Below are positions 1-13,000 of a DNA stretch of 64,000 nt, in pieces. The number at the start of each line of letters is the position of its first letter. The first letter of the stretch is position 1. The translations under genes and the position numbers were made by a program. A model generated the notes under the pieces. That model was not told the DNA's origin, did no database searches, and worked only from the letters and a program-made list of their open reading frames with translations. The DNA is from Stegostoma tigrinum (lineage: Eukaryota), in contig NC_081387.1 in the NCBI RefSeq assembly GCF_030684315.1, forward strand, positions 5,870,497 to 5,934,496. The letters are read 5' to 3'.

Positions 1-241
1 CCATGTTTAGTCAGTGGGGATGTTAATGTGTCTGCTGGGTTTAATGATCAATATTAGACCTGGTCTGGGCTGCTCACACAAAGGAAGATCAAACAGAGGC
101 TAAGCTATGTTTATACATGTGTATCTGTGTGTGGGAATTTAATCAGTTCCATTCAGTGTCGTGTGCTCCAGTCCTGAAGATACCCCCTGACTCTCTCTGT
201 ACCCTCAGTTTCACATCCCCCTCTCGCTCACCGATTCTTAC

Positions 242-361
242 CTCTCCATGGCCTTTTCCAGATGATTATTCCGATTATCCCAACAATAACAGCCAATAGA
301 AAGATCATCGATGCAATGAAACCTCCGAGGTAGGAGAGTCGCCAACTGCTTTTGGGAATTT
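242..361 (-). pseudogene. MHC class I-like gene A: connecting peptide/transmembrane exon
   Basis: Bounded by tttcag| and |gtaag, phase 1-1, 120 nt. Encodes (E)IPKSSWRLSYLGGFIASMIFLLAVIVGIIGIIIWKRPWR, a hydrophobic helix plus basic stop-transfer. Cytoplasmic exons would lie left of the window. Confidence 0.85.
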
Positions 362-1147
362 CTGAAACACATTGGAAATAGGTCAGGATTCTTGCTGTTC
401 CTGGATTTATTTCCAGCTTTGCGCCGATTTTACCTGCTCCTGCCCTTTGGGAATTGACGGGATTCATTGAAATGCTGGTTTGACCCTCTCCCAATGGCAT
501 TCTCCACTGAAGTCATTAAAGATCCCACTGATGGGGGTGCAAACATCTTGTGGTGCCCATCCTAGGGGTTACCTTCTCAGACAGTTCAGTTCACATTCTC
601 CCTGACATCTGTGTCCGGTCCTTGCTGGTGGTGGAGGGGTAGGTGGACCAAGGTTGAGCTGGAGCAGTGAGTGAATGGTTGAAGGGGTGTACTGAGTTGT
701 CCCAAAGAGCCAGTTCTTGGGTTGCTGGGCAAGGGTCAGTTGGGGGTCTCACTGGTGAGTGTCAGGGATATTGAGTGACAATGGAATGTTGTTTGGGTGC
801 CGTAGTGGGGCAGTGAAGGGGTCATGTTAGAGGTCCAGTGGGCAAGTGGGGATGGACGCAGCGGGGGCGGTATTGTGTGTTGTGTTTCAATCGGCTGGCT
901 GGGGTGATGCGTTGCAAGTCAGACAGACATCTGGAGCTGGTGAACTGGTGCTGGTGCTGGGGAAAGATCAAGCATTGCTTGGGGATTGTCGGGACGTGTG
1001 TTTGAGGAAATGGCGTCATACAGCCACACAGCATGGAAACAGATCCTTCAATCCAACTTGCCCATGCCAACCAGATATCCTCGACAGTGCGTGAATGGGG
1101 GTGTTGCGCAGTAGGTTTGGAGATGGTCAGTTTTATAGCTCCCTCGT

Positions 1148-1772
1148 GTTATGGACCAGACTCGAGCCCCTCAAAATGGTTTTTTAAGAAGATAGCCTGG
1201 GTTTAAACTATTTCTTATTTTAACAGTAGATATGAAGTGGCCTGTTCCAGATGCGATGCAATTGGTCAAACTACACTATGTTAAGCAAAACACACTTGAT
1301 TTGAACACTGCATTTAAAATACAAACAAAAGGAAAAGGAATTTAGAATAATTTAACTATTGAAAACTGTAACCGAATAACAGAGTACAGTACCTATTGCT
1401 AATTAATTGTTCCAATATATTAACATCCCATAAATACACGCCTTGGCAAAAAGGCAAATTCAGACACAGATTCTTACACTCAGTCCTCCAATCTAGGAGG
1501 GAACAACATTAAGAAAATAATCAGAGACAGTAATAGCCAGGAGGCATTCACTGAAGCTCCTAACTCTTAAGGCCCATTGGCTTCTGATGCTACTGTTAAT
1601 ACCGAAACTGGGAAATCTGGATCTGAAAGCAGCTCGTCAGCTCTGTCAACGTTCTAACACCCTGAGAAAAGCCAAGTTGTTTGCTGAAGTTGTCTTTAGC
1701 AGCACACATGCCTTATAACCGCTCTTCAAAACAAAAGGATAAAATAACCTTTGAAAGTGGCAGCATCATCAT
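1148..1772. mobile_element. Probable solo LTR
   Basis: AT-rich ~620 bp block starting tgttatgg and ending ...gcagcatcatcata. Resembles shark LTR-type repeats; boundaries approximate. Confidence 0.4.
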
Positions 1773-2342
1773 ATTAGGAATTAAAGAAGCTTTTAATCTC
1801 TTTCACGCTTCCCGTATTAGTATTGAGGTGAGTCAGAGCTCTGCAAAGTCTCTGACTCTAACTCAGAACTGGAGAGCTTTTCAGAGGGTTCTCGATGCTA
1901 AGTAATTGTCAATTGGAAGTTGAAACTTCCCAAAAAAAATCCCATTTAATGAGTCAGGAATTCTGAGGGGTCCAGACCTTCCTCTTTTAGGGTCTGACCA
2001 GTCTCTAACTGTCTGGGTGTTGAACAGTCAGGGCCCATGTCCGGTGCTGAAGCCTGGAATGCAAGAAAGTCTTCATGTAATTACGGTGGGGTCATTTCGG
2101 AGTGAAACTGGTGAGTAATTCACCAACAACAGGGCAGTGGGAATGTGAAAATCTCCATCAAAAGACTTGAAAGCTCAGGAACAAGAGACCTTGACAAACT
2201 TAAAATTGGAATACTCAACTCAGGTGAGACCAACACAACAAGAAAGTATAGGGAGAAAGGTGTATATGTGCAGGCGAGGTAGTGAACCAGTGTCCTCTGA
2301 CCTACAATCTGTCATAAACACATAAATACATCATATTCTTAC

Positions 2343-2622
2343 CCCACTGATACAGCTTGGCCTCTGCCAGGCTGCTGTGTTCAATTTGGCAGGAATATTG
2401 ATCCTCATCCCCAGCACTGATTCAATATCTCTTTCTGGATCTGATGAGTCCCATCGTGGTTCGGTCGAATCCCCGAGGATTGTGTCTCGGACATGACCTC
2501 CCCATTCCTTAGCCAGGTCACCTCGATGTCTACAGGATAAAATCCAGTGACCAGGCAGGAAAGAGTGAGCGGCTTGTCCTGATGATTGGGCTCACTCCTG
2601 GAGATGAACACTTCAGGCTGAA
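2343..2622 (-). pseudogene. MHC class I-like gene A: alpha3 (Ig C1) exon with +1 frameshift
   Basis: VQPEVF..LTLSCLVTGFYPVDIEVTWLRNG..PNHDGTHQ. After a net +1 indel near 2421-2427 the other frame continues ISAGDEDQYSCQIEHSSLAEAKLYQW|gtaag. Exon is 280 nt. Confidence 0.9.
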
Positions 2623-2739
2623 CTGTGATGGGAAAGGGTGAGAACAGAAACAATATACAGACACTGAATGGAATGGGACAGCAGTTACATAGATCAGTGA
2701 GGTTAGAGCAGAACATGGGATCAAAACTGAAATACATAC

Positions 2740-3015
2740 CTTTCCTTTTGAAATATTCCTTTCCAACTTGCAAGTAATTATCTGAAAGGTCAAATAGTTC
2801 TGTTTCCAATTGCCATCTCCAATACTTGTTCCAAGATTCATCTGAATCCCATTTATATTTAGTCTTCACTGCAAAGTGATTGGCTGCGACCCATCTCATT
2901 CTGTCTGGCTCTAAACTAATGAAGTCCTTCCCGTCAAATCCAAATCGCATTGATCTCTTCACAGAGCCGTCATCACTGACCTCAACGGAACGTAGCCATT
3001 GGAGAGTGTGAATTC
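2740..3015 (-). pseudogene. MHC class I-like gene A: alpha2 exon (open frame)
   Basis: GIHTLQW...FGFDGKDFISL...WVAA...TKYKWD. AG/GT bounded, 276 nt, phase 1-1. Confidence 0.92.
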
Positions 3016-3399
3016 CTGTCAGTGACCAAGCAGGCGTCAATCAGTAATAATGAATGGATAACCACAAACTATCCGATTAGAGGGCAAGGGAATCCATTAT
3101 CCGATAGAAATGGAAATTGCGAGTCACATTCTGATTAGAGGTGAAAGAGTGTTTTGTATCAGATAGAATTAGGGGATTTAGGGAAGCAGTCTGATCAGAG
3201 AGGATCAGATTACTCTTGGATTCATTCTGGGCCATGATGAGGAAGCGTGAATTTCTGAATATGTTGAGATTTTAATCCAGCTATGGAAGCAGTTATGGCA
3301 ATGTGATTAATATGGAATTGGTTCAGGGTGAGATTAGGACATGGAATTGGCTTCACAGTGATTCAGTGGGAATGAGTGAGGAATGATTCAGGCTGATGG

Positions 3400-3750
3400 A
3401 GAGGCATGAAAGATAAGAAAAGGGGTTGGCAAGTCAACGTAGAGAGTACGTTTTCTCCAGTGGGGCAACTTAAAACGAGAAAGCATAGCTTTAGGATAAA
3501 GGGTAGCAGATTTTAAAACAGAGATGAGGAGAAATCACTTCTCTAAATGGGGAAATAATCTGTGGAATTCATTATTGCAGGGACATTGAGTAAATTTAAG
3601 GAGGAGATAGAAGATTTTTAATTAGTGATGTGTTGAAGGGTTATGGATAATGATAGGACTGGAGAGTTGAGGCTGAGATGAGTTCAGCCATGATCGTATC
3701 AAATGGCAGAGCAGGTTCATTGGGCTGAATGGCCTACTCCCTGTTCCCAG
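3400..3750 (+). mobile_element. Degenerate CR1 LINE 3' fragment
   Basis: Similar to the 3' end of CR1 ORF2 and 3' UTR (gctgaatggcctactcc). Confidence 0.6.
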
Positions 3751-4199
3751 CTCTCATGTTCATACAGGCTACACAATATTGACTTTGGTGCTCTCAAATT
3801 CACTAGATTGGTTGACACTGAATCAATAAATGAGGCAAATTATGCTTTTAACTGGCATGACCAAAATTCAGATGTCCACTGTAAGCCATGTTTTGTTGTC
3901 ACTAACAGAATGACAGGTAATCAAATTGCCTATCATATCCTTTAAATGCATCATTTCACTTTGCTCCAGCAGCGGGAAGTTTTGTCAACGCTGACTGCTT
4001 GCCGACCAATCTTCTGCGTCAATGCTGAAAAGGAAGATCACTTCCTCAATACTCCAGGTGATATTCTGAGGCATTTGCCACCCCAAGGCAAGTCATTTCC
4101 CCGGCGAATCTGGATCAGACTCATTTTCTGGCATTGGCTAAATGGACAGCTTCTTGGACGTGGTACAGAGATTTGACACTGTGTTGCTAACATCATCTT

Positions 4200-6420
4200 T
4201 TCAAGGTGCACACCAGCACATGTCAGATGAAAGCATAAACATGATAAACAAACATGTCCACATATAGTGGCATACTACCCATTAGCATGCCAGACACAAG
4301 GAACTGATGGAGAATAGCAAAAATGCTGAAACTTTGTGCAGTCTCTTCCATCTGAAGGCTCAGTCAGTAGCAATGATGAAGAACTGAAATGTCCGCACAC
4401 AGAGATACAGTTAACAACAAAACTGCAGTGACCAGATCTCGCAAAGAAAGCATCATGAACAGGACTGAGATCCAACTTTACAGAAATGAGTCCTCTCATC
4501 AAAACAAACAGAACAGCTCTCCTGGCGTGTAAACTGTGTCTTTACACTAAGGCATATGCCAGTCCAATACTGGAGAAGACAGTTGTGCAGGATGCAGAAA
4601 GGTACTGTCCCTACAGGTACTGCACCAATCCATATAAAGAAATATAGATGCTAGTGACAATGATAACCTTCATGCTGATAATAATCAGGAGAACACTCAA
4701 GCGCAGCACGAGAAAACTTGCTTCTTGAGATCCACAAATGGGAGAGTAGTCACTGATTTGAAGACGCAAATGACTCACTGGACAGATTGGCTACTCTAAC
4801 TATACCCATGTGATCCAGATATCTCCCTCTGCCTGTGCTTAATGATCATCTGCAGCTATCTGTCATGTTTCTTGAAAAGGCCATTGACTCGCTTTGTAGC
4901 CCTGAAAGCCGCTGGAGGAATGGAATACCAGTCAAGGCTATACATGTACGGAAAACCCTACTTTGTTTTGACGCCTCTATGTCGTTCAATTCCATTAGGG
5001 AGAAAGTTCTGTTCCACACGATGTGTGTGACATAATTTCAACCAGTTATACAAGAACAAAGGCACTCGAGGAAACTGAAGCAACTACTGTGGCATTTCAC
5101 TCTGCAGAGGGTTCTGGAAGGCTTTTCCAGAGCTAGTCAAATAAGGCTTCATCAACCAGCCAACAGAATATAACTAGCAGCAAAATGGGGCTTCAGATCA
5201 GACAGATCTGGAAAGCACGATGTTATCCCAATCTCAGCTTCAAGCGAAGGTGGAAAGCAGTGAAAAAAGAAGAAATTCTACCTTGCTTTTGGGGATTTCA
5301 CGAAAGCATCTGACACCACGATGAGACCAGGAGCTATTGGATGTTAGAGAGAATGTGCTGACCTCCTGATCTTCATTTTCTTGTTCAGTCCTTCCATGGA
5401 AACATGCACAGCACCAATCAGTTCAATGATTCCATCTCTTACAGTTCATTGATTAAGAATGGGTGGAGACTGGTCTGAGTCCTAATCCATATTTTGTTTT
5501 GTATCCTTTTTCTGTCATACTGCTGACATGAAAGAGTTGTATTTCCTTCCAACCTGATGAGAAACTCCTCAAATGAACAAGCCTGAAAGTCAAGTCCAAA
5601 AATGCAGCAAGTCTTGATCGCAGCACTTTGATAGACTGATGAATGATGCTGCAATAGTTATCTACATGGAAGAACGGCTCCAAGGTTCAGGAATCTTATA
5701 CCCCATACGCCTGTGTCATGTTGTACCTCACTATTGGTATTGAAAAACTGTAGCTAAAGGAAAGGCTATGTGTCACTGTCCGTGTTCAAAAACACATCAC
5801 TGGAAGCAGTCAGTAAATTCTCTGATGACAGACACCCTATTTCTTGGCAAAGAGCTTAACACACACATTGGAAGGAAAGCCAGTATCATCAGCCAGGCAT
5901 GGAGCAACAAAACATTGACCCGCAGGACCAGGAACCTGACTGACAGGGCCTGTATCCTTTGCATATTTCTCCATGACAATGAACATGGACAAATTACATC
6001 CATTAGGATGAAAGGCTACAGAAAATAAGTTCCATCTCTGGTGTCTATCATACGTCTATGGCACATCATGGAAAGACAAAGTAACCAAAAGAGGTAGCTC
6101 TTTCTCAGGAAAACATGCCAAGCATGCTCACATTCACCATGGCTCGGGCTTACATCCAGGCTGGAAGGGCTAGCCACATTCCCAAGGATATGCTATACAG
6201 ATGGTAGCCAGTGTCAAGAGACCAACAAGGCACCCAAAGTTCCCACTCATCAAAGATGCTGTCAAGAAAAAACACACACACATGGCCACCTTCAGCATCA
6301 ACTGCAACATGAGGAACTGTGCAAATGGCAACATCAGCTTCATGGCAACATTTCACCACCACCATGACATTTTGTTTCAGAAACTCCAAAGCAGTTACTA
6401 ACCTTACAAACAAGGTGCCA
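4200..6420 (+). mobile_element. Highly degenerate non-LTR retrotransposon (RTE-like)
   Basis: Scrambled RT-like and C-terminal-like segments with no intact ORF. Family and boundaries uncertain. Confidence 0.35.
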
Positions 6421-7150
6421 GCAGAGGCCTTCACCCACTACCTTGAGGACAGCCCCTGCTTGTTGCAGACTTTGCCTTTCCAGGAGCAGCTTGTTCAGCC
6501 ACCGAAGGAGATGCAGTGAATGATCTCAGCTGACCTCACCAAAGCTCTGAGGCTGCCTTGTCATCATTGCTCCCAAATGGAAATATGTCAGACTTCTAGC
6601 GCAAATGGGTGGAAGACGTATCATGGGCTGAATGGTTTCCTGAATGCTGTAACTGTCTGTCCTGCTTTCTTTTGCCAGGCTTTCCCCTACATCACTCCAC
6701 TGTCACCTCATGCTTCCTCGCCCTTTCTCCATCATGTCTGCTGCTACCGCCTCGTTTATGTTTCTCTAGTTTTCCAGCTCTCTTTTCCTGCCCATTGGTC
6801 ACTTCTCTGTTACTCTCTCGGAATGTTTCTCCTTATATCAACTTGCCCAGCAGTTCTCCCTCACCTTTACCCACTGATATCCATGAGGTTTAAGCCAAGA
6901 GAATGCAAGTCTACAGAAGTCAAGGTTCAGATTGTGTTGAAGGGTGAGGCCCCCATCTGTGGAAAAAAAATCATGAATGATGCACAATTTCAGATGGGGC
7001 TGGCTGTGGACAGTGGAGACGTCTGGAGTTGGAGACAGAGCAGAACAACATGAAAAATAATTGCTTCATCCTCAAAGAGTAGCAGCCAACTCCCCAGAGA
7101 GCCACAGTAACTTGGCTCTCAGTGGCAGGTGACAGTTTGACTCATCGTAC

Positions 7151-7411
7151 CAGCTGTCAAGTTCATCGATATCATGATCGTATTCAAAGTCTCCTTCATC
7201 ACATCGTAGCGTTTCTTCCCCAGGAGGGTGAGATAATCCCAGTTGTCCACAGTGAGATAGTTTGATATGAACTGCTGTCTGGAAACCATCTTCAAGATTT
7301 CACTGTCATAATAGGATAGGGTAGCCCCATTGAGCATTGCCACACCAACAAGCTCAGGGCCATCGGTCATCCCAGTGGTTCCCGTGTACAGCTCAGTGAA
7401 GGAACTCGGGT
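7151..7411 (-). pseudogene. MHC class I-like gene A: alpha1 exon (open frame)
   Basis: PSSFTELYTGTTG..PELVGVAMLNG..YYDS...W...MNLTA with the class I N86-type sequon (NLT). AG/GT bounded, 261 nt. Confidence 0.9.
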
Positions 7412-9131
7412 CTGTCAAATAAGACAATGAAATCATTGATTAATTTATGATTAATAACATTTCCAAACAGTGCCAACTGATCTAATTGAATTGTGACTAG
7501 ACAATGATAACCTCCTTTTCATTTCAACATCAGAATCCGAAGCTGAGATTTTAAACTAAATATCAAGGCAGCAAACAGGCATGGGCAAAGGTCTTAAGGA
7601 TCTTAAGCTTCTGGAGGAAGCAAGATGAGAAAGTGGCCAGGAGATAGTTGAAAGTAGTGATACCAAAAACATGGGCGAGAGTTTCAGCAGGAGATGAGGA
7701 ACAGATGGAGGCGGAAGAGAGACTTGAATGGGAAGTTGCTAGTCTTCATAATGATGAAGAGGATGTAATGAAAATTTTAGAAGAAATACAAGTGTCCATT
7801 TGTAAACAGCTAGCACTCACATCAGCAGTGCCAAAATGACCAGATTTAGTTCATGAGTTAAATATTATGCTTGAGTCTTGGGAGTGGAATCAGAACCCAC
7901 ATGTTTTTCTCCTTCAATGTAGCAGTGCCACCGACTAAAATACAGCCCATACCTTATGGGATTGGAAGCTCAGCTTCAGGTCAAACAGCACAGCCCAATT
8001 CAAATTCAGCCTGAGATGATGTACAGGGAGGTGGGTGTGAGGGAACGGCATTCTTGACAGCGGTCAAAGAAAATGGCATGAGAAAGAGTGATACGGAGAG
8101 TGAGTGCAGTCAGGCAAAGGAAGAGAAAAAGAGAGAACCATTTACACTGAGAAAATGCAATATGAAAAAATAATGAAACACAGACAAAATGGTATCAAGA
8201 ACCAGTGAGAGAGAGGGCAAAATAGAGAAAGTGTGCGGTAGAGCGTGCAGTAAATATACACAGAGAATGATCTGGAGAGAGATAGTGATACAGAGAGTGA
8301 GATTTGGGAACAGAAGGTAATGTAGAGAGTCAGGCACATACAGAGAAGAATAATGAAAAATCAGGTACAGGCAGATCAGATCTAAAATCTGCAGTCCTGC
8401 CACATGTAGTCATTAATGACAGTGTACAAATAAACAGCTCACTGGAGCAGTCGGCTCCAGAAAAATCCCAAGCACATCAGAGTTCAAGATATTTTGAAAT
8501 ATTTGCAATCTTCAGACAGAAGTACTGAATGGATATTCCATCCCAGCCTCCTCCAAGGACCCTTGCATCAACAGTCCAAGCATGAGTGAACATTACCACC
8601 TGATGCCAGTCTTCAACCAATTTGATTCACTCCATGTGATATTATAAGACAGCTGGAGGCACAGGACACTGCAAAGAATATGGGCCCTGACAACAATCCA
8701 GTACTCAAGACAGAACCTGCCAACCCTGAGCCAAACCATTCCAGTTCAACAACAACTTTAGTGACTACTCAGCAACTGCCCACGTACACAGCGTACAGAA
8801 AGCAGGACAAATCCGACCCAACTAACCACCACCCCATCAGTCTACTCTTGATCATCAGGAAAGTGATGGAAGGTGTCATCAACCTGCTCAATGCCACCCA
8901 ACGGGCAATCCGCCTGGGCCACTCACTTCCTGATCTGTGGGTTTCTACATCCTGCTGTCAGGACACCTGGATACAAATCCCATCAGCGTCTCCCAGACTG
9001 CGCTGCCTTCAGTGTGTAAAATATCAGGCTGGCTGTATAACGGGTGGATGGCCAAACAGCCCCCATTTCAAACTGTCACCAAGATTCACATTCACCCCAG
9101 CGAGAGAGAGAGGGAGAGAGCAATGTCTCAC

Positions 9132-9437
9132 GTGACAAGGTGACCCAGGTCTGATTTCAGCCATGGGTGACTGTCTGTTTGTGGAGTTTGTACGTTCTCC
9201 TGTGTCCTCATGGATTTCCGCTGGGTACTCCAGATTCCTCCCGCAGTCCAATGATGTCCAGGTTAGGTGGATTGGCCAGAATAAATAAGAAATGTGGGAA
9301 TAGTGGGGCGCTCTCTGGAGGATCGCTGCAATATCAGTGGGCCGAATGGCCTCTTTTGACACCATAAGGATTTTAGTTTAAGATTCTATGACCCAGGAAA
9401 AAAACCTCAGGAAGATGGAGAAAAAGTCTAGCAACAT
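9132..9437 (-). pseudogene. Class I leader exon copy A, interrupted by a SINE
   Basis: ATG at 9437 gives MLLDFFSIFLRFFSWV, then the SINE, then TLS+C|gtgaga (phase-1 donor at 9131). Confidence 0.75.
9150..9388 (+). mobile_element. 5'-truncated HE1-type SINE with 9-bp TSD (tgacccagg)
   Basis: SINE body ggtgactgtctg..gtggagtttg..ttctcc, tail gattctatg. Direct repeats at 9141-9149 and 9389-9397. Confidence 0.8.
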
Positions 9438-9489
9438 TTTGGGAATCCTCTGTGCCTATTTGAATCAAAGAGTGAAATATGCTCATCGA

Positions 9490-9800
9490 TCACAGTGGCT
9501 CAGTGTTCACACTGCTGCCTCGCAGCATCAGGAACCCGGGTTCGATTTCACTGACAGTCTGTGTGCAGTTTGCACGTTCTCCCCGTGTCTGTGAGAGTTT
9601 CCTCTGGGTGCTCCAATTTCTTCCCACAGTCCAACGATGTGCAGGTTAGATGGATTGGCCGTGCTAAATTGCCCGTAGTGTTCAGGGATGTGTAGATTAG
9701 GTGGGTTATATGGGCCGAGGTGGGATGCTCTGAGGGTCAGTGTGGACTTGTTGGGCCGAAGGGCCTGCACCCACACTGTAGGGATTCTTTGATGATTCTG
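9490..9800 (+). mobile_element. HE1-type tRNA-derived SINE
   Basis: A box tggctcagtg, B box ggttcgatt, conserved body, gattct tail. Confidence 0.85.
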
Positions 9801-9869
9801 TGATCTCAATCAAAATAATCCACATAATCTTTTTCGTTTCAGATCAAACCTCTCCAGACTGCAGAAGGC

Positions 9870-9946
9870 AACTGATTGGTTAGTCTCAGTTTAAAGAAAA
9901 ACCTAATTTATAGGACCAGACAGCTCACTGTCACCAGTTACCAGGG
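9870..9946 (-). promoter_or_regulatory. Class I promoter copy A: X1/X2-like box and CCAAT box
   Basis: Minus strand CCCTGGTAACTGGTGACAG (9928-9946) and AACCAATCAG (about 9872-9881). The Y position is degenerate (ATTAG). Homologous to 15240-15300. Confidence 0.55.
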
Positions 9947-10009
9947 CCATCGCATTCAGAGAGAGTCAGAGGCTTGCTCACTGCCTGGATGAGGAACAGG
10001 GCTGCAGGA

Positions 10010-13000
10010 AGGATGAGTCAACTGACCATAGCACCATGGTCCAGGAGGCCATTCAAGAGCGGGGAGGAAAAAGACAGATTGTAGCTGTAAGGGGTTCCAT
10101 CATCAGGGGGACAGACAGTATCCTTTGCGAGCAGGATGGAGAATCCTGCATGGTGTGTTGCCTGCCCAGTGCCAGGGTGCGAGACACCTCTGACCGGCTT
10201 GAGAGGATACGAGAGAGGGAGGGGGAGAATCCAGTTGTTGTGGTCCACGTAGGTACCAGCAACATAGGCAGGACTAGGAAAAAAGACCTCTTCCGGGATT
10301 ACAAGAAGCTAGGAGCAAATTTGAAAGACGGGTCTTCAAGGGTCATAATCTCTGGATTGCAGCCCGAGCTACGTGCAAATTGGCATAGGGAGGCAAGGAT
10401 CAGGGAAATAAACACGTGGCTGAAAGAGTGGTGTGGGAAAGAGGGTTTCCTTTTCATGCGGAAATGGCATCAGTTCTGGGACAGGAGGGAGCGATACCAC
10501 TGGGATGGGCTCCACCTGAACAGGGCCAGGACCAGTGTTCTGGCAAAAATGGTAAATAAGGTGGTTAATGGGACTTTAAACTAGTAAGTAGCGGGGAAGG
10601 GAGAAGTGAGCGTAGAGGGAGAAGAACAATTAATGGAAAGCAAAGCAGCAGGTTAGCAGATGACGAGGAAGTTTCAACTCCATTGAAAATTAGGAAAAAT
10701 ATGTTAAAGGGAAGGAGAACTCCAGAGCTGTTAGTAATGGAGGTAATAGGACCCAAAAAGAAGGTGCAAAAACTGGCATAAGGGCACTTTATCTGAACAC
10801 TCGGAGCATTCGAAACAAGGTGGATGAGTTGACGGCGCAAATCATGGCAAATGGGTATAATTTAGTGGCCATTACAGAGACATGGTTACAGGATGGTCAT
10901 AACTGGGAGTTAAATATCAGGGGGCTATCAAACTGCTCAGAAAAACAGACATGAAGGTAAGGGAGGTGGTGTTGCTCTGGTGTTTAGGGATGATATCAGG
11001 GCAGGAGTGAGAGATGATGTAGGTTCTACTGAACAAAACGTTGAATCCATTCGGTTGGAAATTAGGAATAGCAGGGAGAAGAAATCATTGATAGCTGTGG
11101 TCTATCGGCCACCAAATAATGACATCGTGGTGGGGCAGGCAATAAACAGAGAAATAGATAATGCATGTAAAAATGGTACAGCAATTATCATGGGGGATTT
11201 TAATCTATATATTGAATGGTCAAACCAGGTCGGTCATGGCAGCCTTGAGGAGGGGCTCATAGAATGCATCCGTGATAATTTCCTTGAACAATACATAATT
11301 GAACCTATGAGGGAGCAAGCTATCCGAGATGTAGTCCTGTGTAATGAGACAGGGATTAATGATCTCACAGCTAGGGATCCTCTCGGAAGGAGTGATCACA
11401 ATATGATCGAATTTAAAATACAGATGGATGTGAGAAGGTTAAATCCAGTACCTATGCCCTGTGCTGAGACAAAGGAGACAATGCAGGAATGAGGGAGGAG
11501 TTAGCTCAGGTAGAGTGGGAGCAAAATCTTTCTGGTGGGTCAATTGAGGGACAGTGGAGGACTTTCAAAACGATTTTTCACAGTGCTCAGCAGAAGTATA
11601 TTCCAGTGATAAGTCAGAACTGTAGGAAAGAGACAGCCAGCCAAGGATGCCGAAGGAAATAAAGGAAAGTATCAGATTGAAAAAAAAACATACAAAAGAA
11701 TAGTGGGAAACTGGTAGGCTGGGAAATCTTTAGAGGCCAACAGAAAGCCACAAAAAAGGTGATAAAGAAAAGATAGATGATGAGAGCAAAGAAGCTCAGA
11801 ATATAAAAACAGGCAGCAAAAGTTTCTATAAAAATGTGAATTGTAAAAGAGTGGCGAAGGTAAACATTGGTCCTTTCGAGGGTGAGAAGGCCAATTTCAT
11901 AACTGGGAATGAGGAAATAGCCGAAGCATCAACAGTTATTTCGTGTTGGTCTTCACTATGGAAGACACAAATAACACACCGAAAAGTAATAGCAATGTGG
12001 TTATAGCTGGCGAGGACCTAGAAACTATCATTATCACTGAGCAGGCAATGCTGGGCAAATTAATGGGGCTAAAGGTAGACAAGTCTCCTGGCCCTGATGA
12101 AGAGCATCACAGGGGACTAAAAGAGGTGATGGGGGAAATAGCAAATAAACTAGTAATTATTTACCAAAATTCACTGGAATCTGGGGTGGTCCCTGCAGGT
12201 TGGAAAGCAGCCAATGTGACGCCACTGTTTAAAAAAAGGAAGGAGACAAAAAGCAGGTAACGGTAGGCCACTTAGCCTCACTTCGGTCGTGGGGAAAATG
12301 CTTGAATCTATCATTAAGGAAGAAATAGCAAGACATCTGGATATAAATTGTCCCATTGGGAACACCCAGCATGGGTTCATGAAGGATAGGTCATGTTTAA
12401 ATGTTTAATTTGGTGGAATTCTTTGAAGACATTGCTTGCATGGTGGACAGTGGGGATCCTGTGGATTTGGTGTATCTGGATTTCCAGAAGGCGTTTGACA
12501 AGGTGCCACACCAAAGGCTGTTACATAAGATAAAGTTCCACAGTATTACAGGCAATATATTGGCATGGATAGAGGATTGGTTGACCAGTAGAAAGCAAAC
12601 AGCAGGGGTAAATGGGTGTTTTTCTGGTTGATGGTCAGTGGCTAGTGGTGTGCCTCACAGATCAGCGTTGGGACTGCAATGTTCATAAGTTACATTGATG
12701 ACTTGGAGTTGGGGCCTAAGTGTGGTGTGTCAAAATTCACAAATGACACTAAGATGAGTGGTAGAGCAAAGTGTTCAGAAGACACAAAGTCTGCAGAGGG
12801 ATATAGATAGTCTAAGTGAGTGGGCAAAGGTCTGGCAGATGGAGTACAATGTTGAGAAGTGTGAGGTCATGCATTTTGGTAGGAATAACAGCAAAATGGA
12901 CTATGCTTTAAATGATAAACAATTGCAGCACACTGCTGTACAGGGGGACTTGAGTGTCCTTCTGTATGAATCACTAAAAGTAGGATTGCAGATGCAGCAG

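Noticed and set aside
362-1100. Possible long mucin-like stalk exon before the class I TM
   Set aside because: Stops in the frames examined, and a good acceptor lies at 362-363. Treated as intron conserved between paralogs.
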